Part shown: positions 1 through 10,249 of the stretch, piece after piece | Position numbering within the stretch: position 1 is the stretch's first letter | How the letters are laid out: every line of letters starts with the position of its first letter | From: a candidate division FCPU426 bacterium | Lineage (GTDB): Bacteria; Oederibacteriota; Muellerivitia; Muellerivitales; Muellerivitaceae | Direction: 5' to 3' | Assembly (NCBI GenBank): GCA_963847625.1 | Contig: CAWKAR010000022.1 | Location: 34,405 to 98,404 of the forward strand | Length of the DNA stretch: 64,000 bases | The notes under the pieces: generated by a model | What the model saw: only the letters and a program-made list of their open reading frames with translations | Told to the model about the DNA's origin: nothing | Database searches by the model: none | Translations under genes and position numbers: made by a program

Positions 1-7
1 TTGAGTT

Positions 8-1126
8 TCATTTCTTTTCCGCCATTTCAAAGATTTCCCCGGCGATCTGACGGGCCGCTTCGGGTTTGGCTAGTAAGGCTGCCGCCTGTCCCATAGATTT
101 CAGCTTTTCCTCATCCGAGAGAAGGGAGATCAGGGTCCGGCTGAGCATTTCCTCTCCCAACTCCCTTTCCAAAATCACGACGGCCGCCCCCGCCGCCTCA
201 AGGGCCCTGGCATTCTTCTCCTGGTGCCCGGAAGCGTGAGGATAGGGTATAAAGAGAACGGGCAGGCCTCGGCTGACCACTTCCGCGCAGGTCAAGGCCC
301 CTGAACGGGCTACCACCAGATCCGCCACTGCGTAGGCCTCCTGGATGTTCCCGAAAAACGGCCGGACGACCATCCGAACCGGGCACTTTTCCAACTGGTC
401 CACGGTTCTGCGGTAGTCGGCCGTTCCGGTCATCATGAGGACCTGGAACCGGTGACCCCCTTCGCCCAGGAAAAGGATGGCCTCGGCCATGATTTGGTTC
501 AACATCCGGGCTCCCTGGCTTCCACCCAGCATCAGGATGTTTTTGACACCGGGAAAAAGTTTGAAGTTCTCGAGGGCCTTGGACCTCTCCGCCGCCCGGA
601 TTTCCTCCCTGACCGGAATTCCCGTCCATTGGGCCCTCCCCTTGGAAAAATGTCGAACCGTCTCTTCAAAACCCGCGAATATCTTCTTGGAAAACCTGCT
701 GGAGAACCTTGCTCCCAAACCCGGAATGACGTTGGGTTCCAGCAATCCCACCGGGATGCCCTTCCAGGCCGCGGCCAGCGAAACAGGAACCGACACGTAC
801 CCCCCCGTCGAGAAAACCGCGTCCGGCTTGAAGGAAGCCACCAATTCCCGGGCTTGTTTGAGTCCGGAAAAAAAGTCGTATCCGAAGGTGAAATACTTCC
901 AGGACGGTCGGCGGGGGAACCCGCTGGCCGGAATACCTTCGAATAGAAGCCCCGCCTCGGGTACCCATTTTTCCTCGGGTCCGTTTTTTTTACCCACGTA
1001 AAGCACGACTACCTCCGGTTGTTTCATTAATTCTCTCGCCACTGCGATGCCGGGGAATACGTGTCCCCCCGTTCCACCGCCCGTGATGATGAATCGTTTA
1101 ATCAAAATCGCCCGCCGTGAAAACAT
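8..1126 (-). CDS. murG: Undecaprenyl-PP-MurNAc-pentapeptide N-acetylglucosaminyltransferase MurG
   Basis: GGGTGGH, GGYVS, GGSQGA and ARSGA motifs plus HQEKNA; dcw context. Exact start uncertain. Confidence 0.97.
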   Translation of the reverse strand: MFSRRAILIKRFIITGGGTGGHVFPGIAVARELMKQPEVVVLYVGKKNGPEEKWVPEAGLLFEGIPASGFPRRPSWKYFTFGYDFFSGLKQARELVASFKPDAVFSTGGYVSVPVSLAAAWKGIPVGLLEPNVIPGLGARFSSRFSKKIFAGFEETVRHFSKGRAQWTGIPVREEIRAAERSKALENFKLFPGVKNILMLGGSQGARMLNQIMAEAILFLGEGGHRFQVLMMTGTADYRRTVDQLEKCPVRMVVRPFFGNIQEAYAVADLVVARSGALTCAEVVSRGLPVLFIPYPHASGHQEKNARALEAAGAAVVILERELGEEMLSRTLISLLSDEEKLKSMGQAAALLAKPEAARQIAGEIFEMAEKK

Positions 1127-1186
1127 ATTGAAAGGAACATATATCTCGAATGCAGCGTTGCTTTTTGCTTCCCTTTGAAAACAGTC

Positions 1187-2341
1187 TCATCGGACGGCCT
1201 CCCCTGCTTGGCTTAAGGGTATTGGCAGTCTGGTTTCCCGGGAGATGTTGAGCAGGAATCCGATTGAAATCAGCGTAAAAACCATGGAAGAACCCCCATA
1301 GGATATGAGCGGAAGGGGAATTCCCTTGGTGGGAAGCAATCCCGTCACCACTCCCAAATTCACGAGGGCTTGGAACCCGATCAGCCCGGTGATGCCCGCC
1401 GCCATCATTCCTGGGAAAAAGCCGCCTTCCCTCCGGCTGACGGCCCGGGAGACTTTGAACCCCCTCAAGATGAAGAGGGCGAAAAGAAACACGAGGGCCC
1501 CGGCTCCCACCAGGCCCAATTCCTCCGCGATGATGGCGAATATGAAGTCCGTATGCGGCGCCGGGAGATAGAAAAGTTTCTGGGAACTGTTGGAGAGTCC
1601 CACGCCCAGGGGGCCGCCGTTGCCCACTGCGATCAGGCTTTGGATCAGCTGGAACCCCGCACCCTGAGGGTCGTCCCCGGGATGCAGAAAGGATAGGATA
1701 CGGACCACCCGATAATGGACGGATTCCACCAGGAACACGAAAACCGGGACAAAGACAAAGAGAGGGATCAGGAAAAACTTCCATTCCATCCCAGCTAAAA
1801 ACAGTGAAAGGATGGTGACCAGAGCCAGGAGTACCGCCGTCCCAAAGTCATGTTGCTTTTCCAAGAGCAACATGCAGATTCCCAGCAGGACCAAATAGGG
1901 CATGAGCCCGGAAAAACTCCCCAAGGTCTGCCGGCGCCGGTCCAGGGAATCGGCTAGGTAAAAAACGAGAGCAATTTTCAGGATTTCAGAAGGTTGGAAA
2001 GAAAAGAACCCCAGCCGGAACCATCTTTGGGCCCCGCCGACCGTTCTCCCGATCCCGGGAACACAAACCAGGGCCATCAGGATCAAGGCCACGATTAGTC
2101 CCGGAATGGCCAAGGCCCTGAGTTCCTCCAAGTCAACCTTCGAGGCGAAGAAAAGGCCCAGGCTCCCCAGCGCCACCCAGAGGAGCTGGCGGAGGAAAAA
2201 ATAGTAGGAATTTCCGAAACGATCGTGGGCCAGGATGGCCGAGGCGCTATAAACCATGATCAGCCCGGCTGTGACCAGAACGAGCGTTAAAAGAAACAAG
2301 AAAAAATCAGGCGAGGCTTGTTTTTTGACATTAAAACTCAT
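1187..2341 (-). CDS. ftsW: SEDS peptidoglycan polymerase FtsW
   Basis: Multi-TM protein with GAQRW, FQPSE, HTDFIF, PTKGIPLPLISYGGSS motifs. The ORF is open to 2404; ATG at 2341 (MSFNVKK) gives the usual N-terminus. Confidence 0.96.
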   Translation of the reverse strand: MSFNVKKQASPDFFLFLLTLVLVTAGLIMVYSASAILAHDRFGNSYYFFLRQLLWVALGSLGLFFASKVDLEELRALAIPGLIVALILMALVCVPGIGRTVGGAQRWFRLGFFSFQPSEILKIALVFYLADSLDRRRQTLGSFSGLMPYLVLLGICMLLLEKQHDFGTAVLLALVTILSLFLAGMEWKFFLIPLFVFVPVFVFLVESVHYRVVRILSFLHPGDDPQGAGFQLIQSLIAVGNGGPLGVGLSNSSQKLFYLPAPHTDFIFAIIAEELGLVGAGALVFLFALFILRGFKVSRAVSRREGGFFPGMMAAGITGLIGFQALVNLGVVTGLLPTKGIPLPLISYGGSSMVFTLISIGFLLNISRETRLPIPLSQAGEAVR

Positions 2342-2633
2342 GAACTTCTCCAAAACATATTTTTTTACCCCGGTCTTCGTGATAAATCCCGGTTTTGGTT
2401 TCATCCTTCCGTTCGGATTCCGAGCGAAGTGTCGTAGACGTTGGAAGAGTGTCGGAAGTGTTGTTGTCAGAATCCGAACGCAGGGATGGAACCTCCTTTC
2501 CGGTTGTCACAACTCGAAGGACCGCCTTTTCCAATCGGAATACCACCAGCATCTCCGGCAGCTGGAGGCTTTCCAATTTGATGGCGGTGTTGTTGCGCTT
2601 CGTCCCACTCGGCTCCAACGGGTTGAAAAGCAT
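2331..2633 (-). CDS. Hypothetical 100-aa protein between murD and ftsW
   Basis: ATG overlaps the murD stop (TGATG at 2635-2631) and the stop overlaps the ftsW start, filling the gap exactly; no recognised domain. Confidence 0.5.
   Translation of the reverse strand: MLFNPLEPSGTKRNNTAIKLESLQLPEMLVVFRLEKAVLRVVTTGKEVPSLRSDSDNNTSDTLPTSTTLRSESERKDETKTGIYHEDRGKKICFGEVHEF
2402..2488. repeat. 87-bp palindromic element (22-bp imperfect inverted repeat)
   Basis: CATCCTTCCGTTCGGATTCCGA (2402-2423) matches the reverse complement of 2467-2488 (CATCCCTGCGTTCGGATTCTGA) at 19/22. Confidence 0.75.
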
Positions 2634-4069
2634 CAGTTGTTCCCCCCTCTGGCGTCCGGCGGCTGAAGCCCCTCGTTTTTTTTCTGGCCCGCTTTCATTT
2701 CAGCCAGCTTTTTCACCACGGCCTTGAACTTCCGGCCCCGGTCCTCGTAATTTTCGAACATATCATAGCTGGCGCAACCGGGTGAAAAGAGTACTACCCC
2801 CCCTTTCCCGCAGGACGCGAAGGCCCCTTGGACCGTCTCTTCCAAGCCGCCTGCCTCCACCACCGTCGCAGCGTTTGACAATTGCTGAACCACCTTGCGT
2901 TTGCACTCCCCGAAGGCCACTACTCGCGTGACTTTCTCCTGGACCAAGGGGGCTAGACGGGTGAAATCCCCCGCCTTATCCCGGCCGCCGAGGATCAGCA
3001 CGATGGGCGCCTTGAAGCTCTGCAGGGCCTTCACCACCGAATCGACGTTGGTTCCCTTGGAGTCGTTGACGAACATAACCCCTTCGACTTCCCCCGCCGG
3101 TTCCAGGCGGTGCTCGACTCCGGGGAATTCCGCCAGGGTCGAAGCGATGGCACCGTCAGGCACACCGCAGAGGGAGGCGGTCAGCGCCGCGGCACAGGCG
3201 TTTTCCAAATTGTGGGGACCGGGGATCTTCAATTCGGAAGTATGGATAAGGTGTCGTCCTAGAAGTTCGATCCGGTCCCCAACAACGTAACATCCGGGTT
3301 TCCCGGTATTACAGGCATTCTCAATAAAGCCGAACAAGTAAAGCCGGCTCTTCACCAGGCTGCTGTAGATGGGTGTGTACTTGTCGGATAGGTTCAAGAG
3401 AGCTGCATCCTCGGGTTTTTGGTTCGCGAAAATCCGACCCTTGGTTTCCACGTAGGCCTGCATCCCGGGATGCCGGTCCAGGTGGTCCGGCGTCACGTTG
3501 AGAATGGAGGCCACCTGGGGTCGGAATTCTCGCATGGTCTCCAGCTGGAAACTCGAGACTTCCAGGACCGCCCAATCGTTGGCGGAAAGTTCGAAAACCG
3601 CCTCCGCGAAAGCCTTGCCGATGTTGCCGCAGGCCACCGCTCCCTTTCCGGCGTTCTTGATCATGGCGGCAGTCAGAGTCGTAGTCGTGGTCTTGCCGTT
3701 TGTGCCGGTAATGGCCGCCATGGGCGCTGGACAGTAACCGAATGCCAGCTCCATTTCCCCGATCACGGGAATTCCTTTTTCACGGGCTCTTTCTAGGGCC
3801 GGATGGCAGTAGGGCACCCCCGGGGAGGTCACCACCAGATCCGAGTTAGTCACCGAGACCGGGTCGATTCCTCCCAGCATGAGCTTGGCGTGGGTAAGAC
3901 CCATGGCCTTGTCCATCCAGGCTGTGAGTTTCTCGGGAGTTTTGTCGTCCAGGATAACGACCCGGGCTCCGTGCACGGTTAAGAGCCGCGCCGCAGCGTA
4001 ACCCGACCTTCCCAATCCGATGACCGTCACTTGTTTTCCATGAACGTAGTACAAGTTGTTCTGCTCCAA
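2633..4069 (-). CDS. murD: UDP-MurNAc-L-Ala-D-Glu ligase MurD
   Basis: GLGRSG, ITGTNGKTTT, EVSSFQL, NDSKGTN, SPGCASYDMF motifs; TTG start. Confidence 0.98.
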   Translation of the reverse strand: MEQNNLYYVHGKQVTVIGLGRSGYAAARLLTVHGARVVILDDKTPEKLTAWMDKAMGLTHAKLMLGGIDPVSVTNSDLVVTSPGVPYCHPALERAREKGIPVIGEMELAFGYCPAPMAAITGTNGKTTTTTLTAAMIKNAGKGAVACGNIGKAFAEAVFELSANDWAVLEVSSFQLETMREFRPQVASILNVTPDHLDRHPGMQAYVETKGRIFANQKPEDAALLNLSDKYTPIYSSLVKSRLYLFGFIENACNTGKPGCYVVGDRIELLGRHLIHTSELKIPGPHNLENACAAALTASLCGVPDGAIASTLAEFPGVEHRLEPAGEVEGVMFVNDSKGTNVDSVVKALQSFKAPIVLILGGRDKAGDFTRLAPLVQEKVTRVVAFGECKRKVVQQLSNAATVVEAGGLEETVQGAFASCGKGGVVLFSPGCASYDMFENYEDRGRKFKAVVKKLAEMKAGQKKNEGLQPPDARGGNN

Positions 4070-4104
4070 TCCTTTTTTTATCGCGTCCTAGTGGACGCTT
4101 TTAC

Positions 4105-5193
4105 TTAACGCAGTTTCAGCGTGCTCAAGGTTAGTAAGGTCAGGATGATGGCGACGATCCAGAACCTGACGATCAGCTTGGACTCGGGTATGCCGGACAA
4201 CTCGAAATGATGGTGCAGCGGAGCCATCTTAAACACCCTTTTCCCGCTCACCTTGAAGGAGGTCACTTGGATGATGACCGACAGGGCCTCCGCCACGAAA
4301 ATACCTCCTACGATGATCAGGAGAATCTCCTGTTTCACCATGACCGCAATCGTTCCCAGCAGGCCTCCCAGAGCCAGGGAGCCAGTGTCCCCCATGAAAA
4401 CCTGGGCCGGATGGGCGTTAAACCAGAGGAACCCGAGGCCTGCTCCCGCCAGTGCCGCGCAGACCACGGTAAGCTCGCCGGCGCCGGGCACCATGATGAT
4501 CTTGAGGTATTCGCTGAACTTAATGTTCCCGGAAACGTAGGTGATGACCACAAAGGCCATGGCCGCGAAAATCGTGCAACCTACGGCGAGACCGTCCAAA
4601 CCGTCGGTCAGGTTTACCGCGTTGGAGGCGCTCACGATCACCAAAACCGCGAAAAAGGGATAAACAACGTCCAGGTTCAGGGGGTGTTTGAAAAACGGCA
4701 GGGTGATGGATGTCTTCAGGTGGAAATCGTCCGGGAGGACTGAAAGGTAGAAAAATACGATGATCATGGCCCCACAGGCCTGGAATATCAGTTTCCACAA
4801 GCCGGGAATGCCCCGGCTTTTCCCGATGCCCTTGAGTTTCAGGAGATCGTCAACGATTCCCAACATCCCGTACCAGATAAGGGAGAAGACACACAGCCAG
4901 AAAAGTTTGGAATCCCACCGCACCCATAAAAGGATGCTCAAGAGGAGGGTCAGGAGGATCAGAATTCCACCCATCGTGGGGGTGCCAGCCTTGGAGGAAT
5001 GGGCTGCTGGGCCATCGGAGCGGATTTTCTCGCCCAATTGGGCAGCTCGGATCCTGGCGATAACTGCGCTTCCGAAGAGAAGGCACAGTCCGAAAGACGT
5101 TACCGCCGCGTACACGCTCCGGAAAGTGACGTAACGGAAAACATTGAATCCGATGAATTTTCCAGCCAACGGATAGAGTAGGTGGTATAACAC
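4105..5193 (-). CDS. mraY: Phospho-MurNAc-pentapeptide translocase MraY
   Basis: KAGTPTMGG, NAVNLTDGLDGL, FMGDTGS, MAPLHHHFEL motifs; GTG start. Confidence 0.98.
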   Translation of the reverse strand: MLYHLLYPLAGKFIGFNVFRYVTFRSVYAAVTSFGLCLLFGSAVIARIRAAQLGEKIRSDGPAAHSSKAGTPTMGGILILLTLLLSILLWVRWDSKLFWLCVFSLIWYGMLGIVDDLLKLKGIGKSRGIPGLWKLIFQACGAMIIVFFYLSVLPDDFHLKTSITLPFFKHPLNLDVVYPFFAVLVIVSASNAVNLTDGLDGLAVGCTIFAAMAFVVITYVSGNIKFSEYLKIIMVPGAGELTVVCAALAGAGLGFLWFNAHPAQVFMGDTGSLALGGLLGTIAVMVKQEILLIIVGGIFVAEALSVIIQVTSFKVSGKRVFKMAPLHHHFELSGIPESKLIVRFWIVAIILTLLTLSTLKLR

Positions 5194-5219
5194 TTTTTCT
5201 CCTTAATTCCGGCCTTCGA

Positions 5220-6566
5220 TCAGAATGCCTTCAATACTTTTTCCAATCTCATGGCCCGCGATCCCTTCAATAAAACCGCGTCGCCTTTTTCGGCGATTTC
5301 CGCTAAAAATTTCCCGGCTCGATCCGCTTGATCGAAGCAATGAATGACTCCCCCGGAGACCCCTGGCAAACCCCGTATAGCTTCCTGGAAGGCTTTTCCA
5401 ACCAAAAGAAGGCAGTTTGGCTGCAAATCCAGGGCCCTTTGGAGGACCTGTTCATGAGCTTTCTTGGTAAATTCCCCCATTTCCAGCATGTCCCCTAATA
5501 CTGCGATTTTGCGCCTGACGCCCTGAAGACTCCGGAAAGTATCCAATGCCGCCTCCATGGAGGTAGGCGAGGCGTTGTAGGCATCGTTGACGAAAAGAAT
5601 GCCCTGCCGGTTTAGGATTTCCATGCGCATGGGAGCGCGGGGAATAAAGCTTCCCAACCTTTGCGCGAGGGCTTTTAGGGGCAAACCCAGGGCCAATCCG
5701 GCCGCGACCGCAGCCAGGGCGTTTTTCACGTTATGCTCCCCCGGCATGGAAAGACGGACGGGAATTTCCGCGCCTTGCGCCTCCAGCAGGAAGCGGGTCT
5801 TCCACCCATCCACCTGGAGGTCCTTGGCTCTCACTTGTCCCACCTTGATCCCGAATGTGAACACATCGTCTCCTTTGCGGCCCAACAACGGGTCCTCTGC
5901 GTTTAAAACCACTTTTCTACCGGCCCGGAAGGCCGTTCCGATTTTTAATTTTTCCAATGCCAGATGCCTTTTGTCCCGGAAAAATCCCAAGTGGGCTTCC
6001 CCGATCGCCGTTACTACCGCCACGTCGGGCCTGGCTGTTTCGGACAACCGCTCCATTTCGCCCGGGTGGTTGATGCCCAGTTCCACCACTGCCGCCTCAT
6101 GCCCCGGTTCCAAGCTCAACAAGGTCAAGGGAAGACCCCATTGGTTGTTCAAATTTCCCTCGGTCTTCAAGACTCTGAACTTCCCGGCCAACAAATGGGC
6201 CGTCATGTCCTTGACCGTCGTTTTACCCACGCTCCCCGTGACCGCTACCACCGGCCCGTCCCACTGCAGCCGTTGGGCCCTTCCAAGTGCTCCCAGAGCT
6301 TGGGTGGTGTCCTTCACCCGGATGACGGGTACTCCAATCCCAGATACAGACTTGGAAACCACCGCCGCCCTCGCGCCCTTCACCGCCGCCGCCCTCAGGT
6401 AACGGTGACCATCCAGCTGATTTCCGATGATGGCGATGAACAAATCCCCTTTCCGGATTTTCCTGCTGTCGTGGCAAACACCCGTCACTTGGATTTTTCC
6501 ATTTCCCGCCGTCAACCGCCCGTTCACGAGCGCTGTCGCTTCCCGCAGGGTCCATGGCAGCATCAA
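5220..6566 (-). CDS. murF: UDP-MurNAc-tripeptide D-Ala-D-Ala ligase MurF
   Basis: TGSVGKTTVK, GNLNNQWGLP, NDAYNASP, GDMLEMG, LKGSR motifs. Confidence 0.97.
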   Translation of the reverse strand: MMLPWTLREATALVNGRLTAGNGKIQVTGVCHDSRKIRKGDLFIAIIGNQLDGHRYLRAAAVKGARAAVVSKSVSGIGVPVIRVKDTTQALGALGRAQRLQWDGPVVAVTGSVGKTTVKDMTAHLLAGKFRVLKTEGNLNNQWGLPLTLLSLEPGHEAAVVELGINHPGEMERLSETARPDVAVVTAIGEAHLGFFRDKRHLALEKLKIGTAFRAGRKVVLNAEDPLLGRKGDDVFTFGIKVGQVRAKDLQVDGWKTRFLLEAQGAEIPVRLSMPGEHNVKNALAAVAAGLALGLPLKALAQRLGSFIPRAPMRMEILNRQGILFVNDAYNASPTSMEAALDTFRSLQGVRRKIAVLGDMLEMGEFTKKAHEQVLQRALDLQPNCLLLVGKAFQEAIRGLPGVSGGVIHCFDQADRAGKFLAEIAEKGDAVLLKGSRAMRLEKVLKAF

Positions 6567-6636
6567 TTGCTCGGACAGCCGACAGATGACAGTCGGCAGC
6601 TACCGCCTCCCTCCCCGATCTGTATAGTTGCAGGGT

Positions 6637-8111
6637 TCATTGCTTAAGTCCCTCCAGCGCCAGTAGGACTTCCTTCCGATCGTCGAAAGGGCGTTTTTCA
6701 TCGCCTATGATCTGGTATGTCTCATGCCCTTTGCCCGCGATCAAGACCAAGTCTCCTTTTTTAGCAATGGAAAGCGCTAGGCGGATGGCCGTCCCTCTTT
6801 CCTCTTCCACCCAAACCCGGCGGTGCCCGTTCTTGGAGAGCGGGGAGGGGATACCCTTGAGAATCTCGTTCAGGATGGCCTGGGCATTCTCCGTCCTGGG
6901 GTTGTCGGAAGTTAATACGGTCAAATCGGCTATCTGGGCCGAGATTCTTCCCATGATCGGCCGCTTGGTCCTGTCCCGGTCGCCTCCGCAGCCGAATACC
7001 GAGATGACGCGGTGCCCTTTTTTAGGGTTCAAAATCCCCCGGGCCGCTATCAAGGCTTGTTTCAAGGCGTCCGGGGTATGGGCGTAATCCACCAAGACCG
7101 TGAAATCCTGCCCCGCCGAGATTTCCTCGAAGCGTCCCGGGACGACCGGAGCCCGCATCAGGCCTTCCTGGATGGCTTCCCAGGAAAAACCCAGTTCCTT
7201 CGTCACCGAAAGGGCCGCAAGGCAATTGTAGACGTTGAAAATTCCAGTCAGGGGAACCTCGAATTTTTTTCCCCCACCCGGAAGGAAACACGGCCCGGAA
7301 GGGTCTTTACTTTTTCAGCGCGGTAGGTGCATTTGGAGCGGATACCGTAGCCAGCTGCCTTAGACTTCAATTCCTTCAACAGCCTTCGGCCGTAGGAGTC
7401 GTCGGCGTTAGCAACGCGGGCCTTGAGGCTTTTAAACTCGGTGAAGAGACGGCGTTTGGCCTGAAAATAGTTGGAAAAATTCTTGTGAAAATCCAAATGG
7501 TCCCGCCCCAGGTTGGTAAAGACGGCCCCCTGGAATTCGACGCCTAAAACGCGCTTCATTTCCAGGGCGTGGGAGGAAACTTCCATGACGGCCCACCCGC
7601 ACTTTTGAAGCCTCATTTCATTCAATAATTCCACCACCGCTAAAGCCGAGGGGGTGGTGTTGGGGGCGACGTAGGTCTTGTTTCCGACCTGGTAGCTGAT
7701 GGTGCCAATCAATCCGGCATCCTGTCCCGCAGCTTTCAGGATTGCGCGTAGGAGATAAGTCGTCGTCGTCTTGCCTTTGGTTCCGGTGACGCCAACCACC
7801 CTCACGCGTCGGGAGGGATTCCCGAAAAAAGCGTGCGCCAGGCGGGCCAGGGCTTCCCGGCTATCCGGTACTGTCGCCTGTGGGACAGGAATGTTTTCCA
7901 AGGGTTTCCCTTCCGTCACTAGCGCACAAGCCCCAGCCTGGACGGCCTCACTTGCGAATTTCCGTCCATCCAACTTGGCACCCGGCACACAGACGAATAG
8001 GTCGCCCGGATTGGTTTTTTTGGAATTCTCGGAAAGGCCCGTCACTTCGGGATTACCCTTTCCGATGGTTTTCACATGTTCCAATTTCCTCAGGAGGCTT
8101 TGGAATTTCAT
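6637..8111 (-). CDS. murE: UDP-MurNAc-dipeptide amino-acid ligase MurE, split by a single-base frameshift near 7264-7275
   Basis: N-part 7248-8111 (TGTKGKTTT, MEVSSH, NLGRDHLDFH) and C-part (FEVPLTGIFNVYN, PGRFE, DYAHTPDAL, DNPR, AGKGHE) join if one base is added to the G5A7 run; the DNPR motif suggests meso-DAP specificity. Confidence 0.92.
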
Positions 8112-10249
8112 GAGTTACCTCCCGCCGGGTTGCCCGACGACCGGGTAATCGGAAGGTTACAGTTGAGTTCGATGGCTGAGTCGACCTGGATTTTCCGTCC
8201 GGCCAATGGAAATTGGGCCCGCACCACTCCAGCCCCCTTGAAATTTACGCGGACCCCGATGGGCGCCAATAGAGCGAGGGCCTGACGCTTGGTCTTTCCC
8301 CTCAGGTCCGGCATCAGACCCTGACCCTCACCCAGGGGTGTTTCCACACCGAGGGTCAACAGGATCTTGCGGGTGTCCGGATCCATCGGCGAAGGCGATC
8401 CAGGGGAAGGATTTTGTTGGAACACTTTTTCGCCTTTCCCAGTAAATCCCAATTTCAAGTTATCGCGATCCGCCAGCCAGCGGCATTGGACTTTCGTCAA
8501 ACCCAGGAATGATGGAATGGTTTTTCCGGGAATGGAAGGCACGGCGGATACTTGGGTTATCACCGGTGGCACGAGGTCATAAGCTAGAACCCGCTTGGTG
8601 ACTTCCTTAAAGACGGGACCTGCGGTGTAACCACCCCAGTAAAGGCCCCGGGGATCATCCAAAGAGATATAAATGACCAGTCTTGGGTTATCCGCCGGGA
8701 CGAACCCAACGAAGGAGGAAACATAGTTGTATTTGGAGTAACGCCCATTCATGAACTTGTAGGCTGTTCCGGTCTTCCCGGCGATGGAATAACTGGGAAT
8801 AGAAACTGCGGTCCCAGTTCCCTTTTCCACGACCCATTTCAACATTTCAGTCAGGCGCCGGGCGGTTTTGGCCGAGCAAACCCGCCGAATCCTCTGAGGC
8901 GAGAAAACCTTGAGGGTCTTTCCATCGCGGGTTCGGAGTTCCTTGGCTAGGAATGGCTTCATCAGTACCCCGCCGTTAGCGATAGAAGCGTAGGCCGAAA
9001 GGATCTGGATGGGCGTGGCGGACACTTCGTATCCATAGGGAATGGTCGTCAAGGAGAGACCGCTCCACTTTGCCGGTTCCCGTAATAAGCCGAGCGCTTC
9101 TCCCGGCAGGTCGATGTGGGTGGCCTCGCCAAATCCGAGTCGCTTGGCATAGCGGTAGAGGTTTTCTTTCCCCAGCTTCGCCCCCACCTTCACCATGCCG
9201 ATATTGCTTGAATAGCCAAATACTTCCCTGAAAGTAAGCCAACCGTGTTTTTCATGGTCCGTCACGACTCGGCCGTATTGGGTTTTATAAGCACCGTTTT
9301 CGCAAAAAAACCTGTCTTCCTCGTTGACTACACCCTCTTCCAATGCCCCCAGGGCTGTCACCAGCTTGAAAGTGCTGCCGGGCTCGAACTCATCGTTCAC
9401 TACGCGGTTTTTCCAAAATTCCGGGGGGTAATTGCCGAAATGGTTCGGGTCGAAGGTAGGGTAATTGGACATGGCCAATATCTCACCCGTCCTCGGGTCC
9501 ATGACGACAGCCGAGGCAGCTTTGCAACGGTATTTTTCGAAGGCTTTCTGCAGTTCCACCTGGGTGATGTGCTGGATGGTCCTGTCCAGCGTGGTGACCA
9601 GGTCCAAGCCGTCCTTGCTGGCCTTGACCAGCTGGCTGTCAGCCGCCACTACGCGGCCGCGCGCGTCCCTTTCCGTGATCAGCAGGCCCTTTTGGCCGGA
9701 GAGGAAGCGGTCGAAGTATTTCTCTAGTCCGTTCAAGCCCTGGTTATCGAGCCCGGCGAAACCCAGTGCGTGGGACGCCATGTCATGGTCGGGATAAAAC
9801 CGCCTTTGCTCGCGGGAAGCCTCGATGCCGTCCAATTTCAGGTTTTCCACAGCCTGGGATCTTTCGTAAGGCACCTGCCGCGCTAGCCAGACGAAGGACT
9901 TGTTCTCGGACAACTTGGAAAGAAGTTCCCCGTAGGACATTCCCAAAGCCCGGGCCAGAACCGACGCCGTGTAGGACTTGTCGTGGATTTGGTCGGGATG
10001 TCCTGCCACGTTGTAGAGGTCGATATTCATCGCCAGTAGATCGTAATTGCGGTCCTCGATGAGACCGCGGGAAGGGCTGGTTTCCCTGGGTGAGAACTGT
10101 TGACGGTAAGCCATCTGGCGGAAGTCGGAGTGTTTGAGGATCTGGAGGTAAACTAAGCGGACTTCCAACGTCAGGGCGGCCACGATAACGAAAGCCTCCA
10201 ACAGGATGAGGCGGCTTTGGCTGAGGGCCGAGGGCCGTGAACCTTTCAT
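8108..10249 (-). CDS. ftsI: Cell-division class B penicillin-binding protein (FtsI/PBP3-like) with two C-terminal PASTA-like domains
   Basis: RGLIEDRN, EPGSTFK (SxxK), SSN (SxN), KTGTA; C-terminal IPSFLG and MPDLRGK PASTA-like repeats; ATG at 10249 overlaps the ftsL stop (ATGA). Confidence 0.93.
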   Translation of the reverse strand: MKGSRPSALSQSRLILLEAFVIVAALTLEVRLVYLQILKHSDFRQMAYRQQFSPRETSPSRGLIEDRNYDLLAMNIDLYNVAGHPDQIHDKSYTASVLARALGMSYGELLSKLSENKSFVWLARQVPYERSQAVENLKLDGIEASREQRRFYPDHDMASHALGFAGLDNQGLNGLEKYFDRFLSGQKGLLITERDARGRVVAADSQLVKASKDGLDLVTTLDRTIQHITQVELQKAFEKYRCKAASAVVMDPRTGEILAMSNYPTFDPNHFGNYPPEFWKNRVVNDEFEPGSTFKLVTALGALEEGVVNEEDRFFCENGAYKTQYGRVVTDHEKHGWLTFREVFGYSSNIGMVKVGAKLGKENLYRYAKRLGFGEATHIDLPGEALGLLREPAKWSGLSLTTIPYGYEVSATPIQILSAYASIANGGVLMKPFLAKELRTRDGKTLKVFSPQRIRRVCSAKTARRLTEMLKWVVEKGTGTAVSIPSYSIAGKTGTAYKFMNGRYSKYNYVSSFVGFVPADNPRLVIYISLDDPRGLYWGGYTAGPVFKEVTKRVLAYDLVPPVITQVSAVPSIPGKTIPSFLGLTKVQCRWLADRDNLKLGFTGKGEKVFQQNPSPGSPSPMDPDTRKILLTLGVETPLGEGQGLMPDLRGKTKRQALALLAPIGVRVNFKGAGVVRAQFPLAGRKIQVDSAIELNCNLPITRSSGNPAGGNS

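Noticed and set aside
6637..8111. murE as a pseudogene or two genes
   Set aside because: Essential gene in an otherwise intact dcw cluster; one base in a homopolymer restores it.
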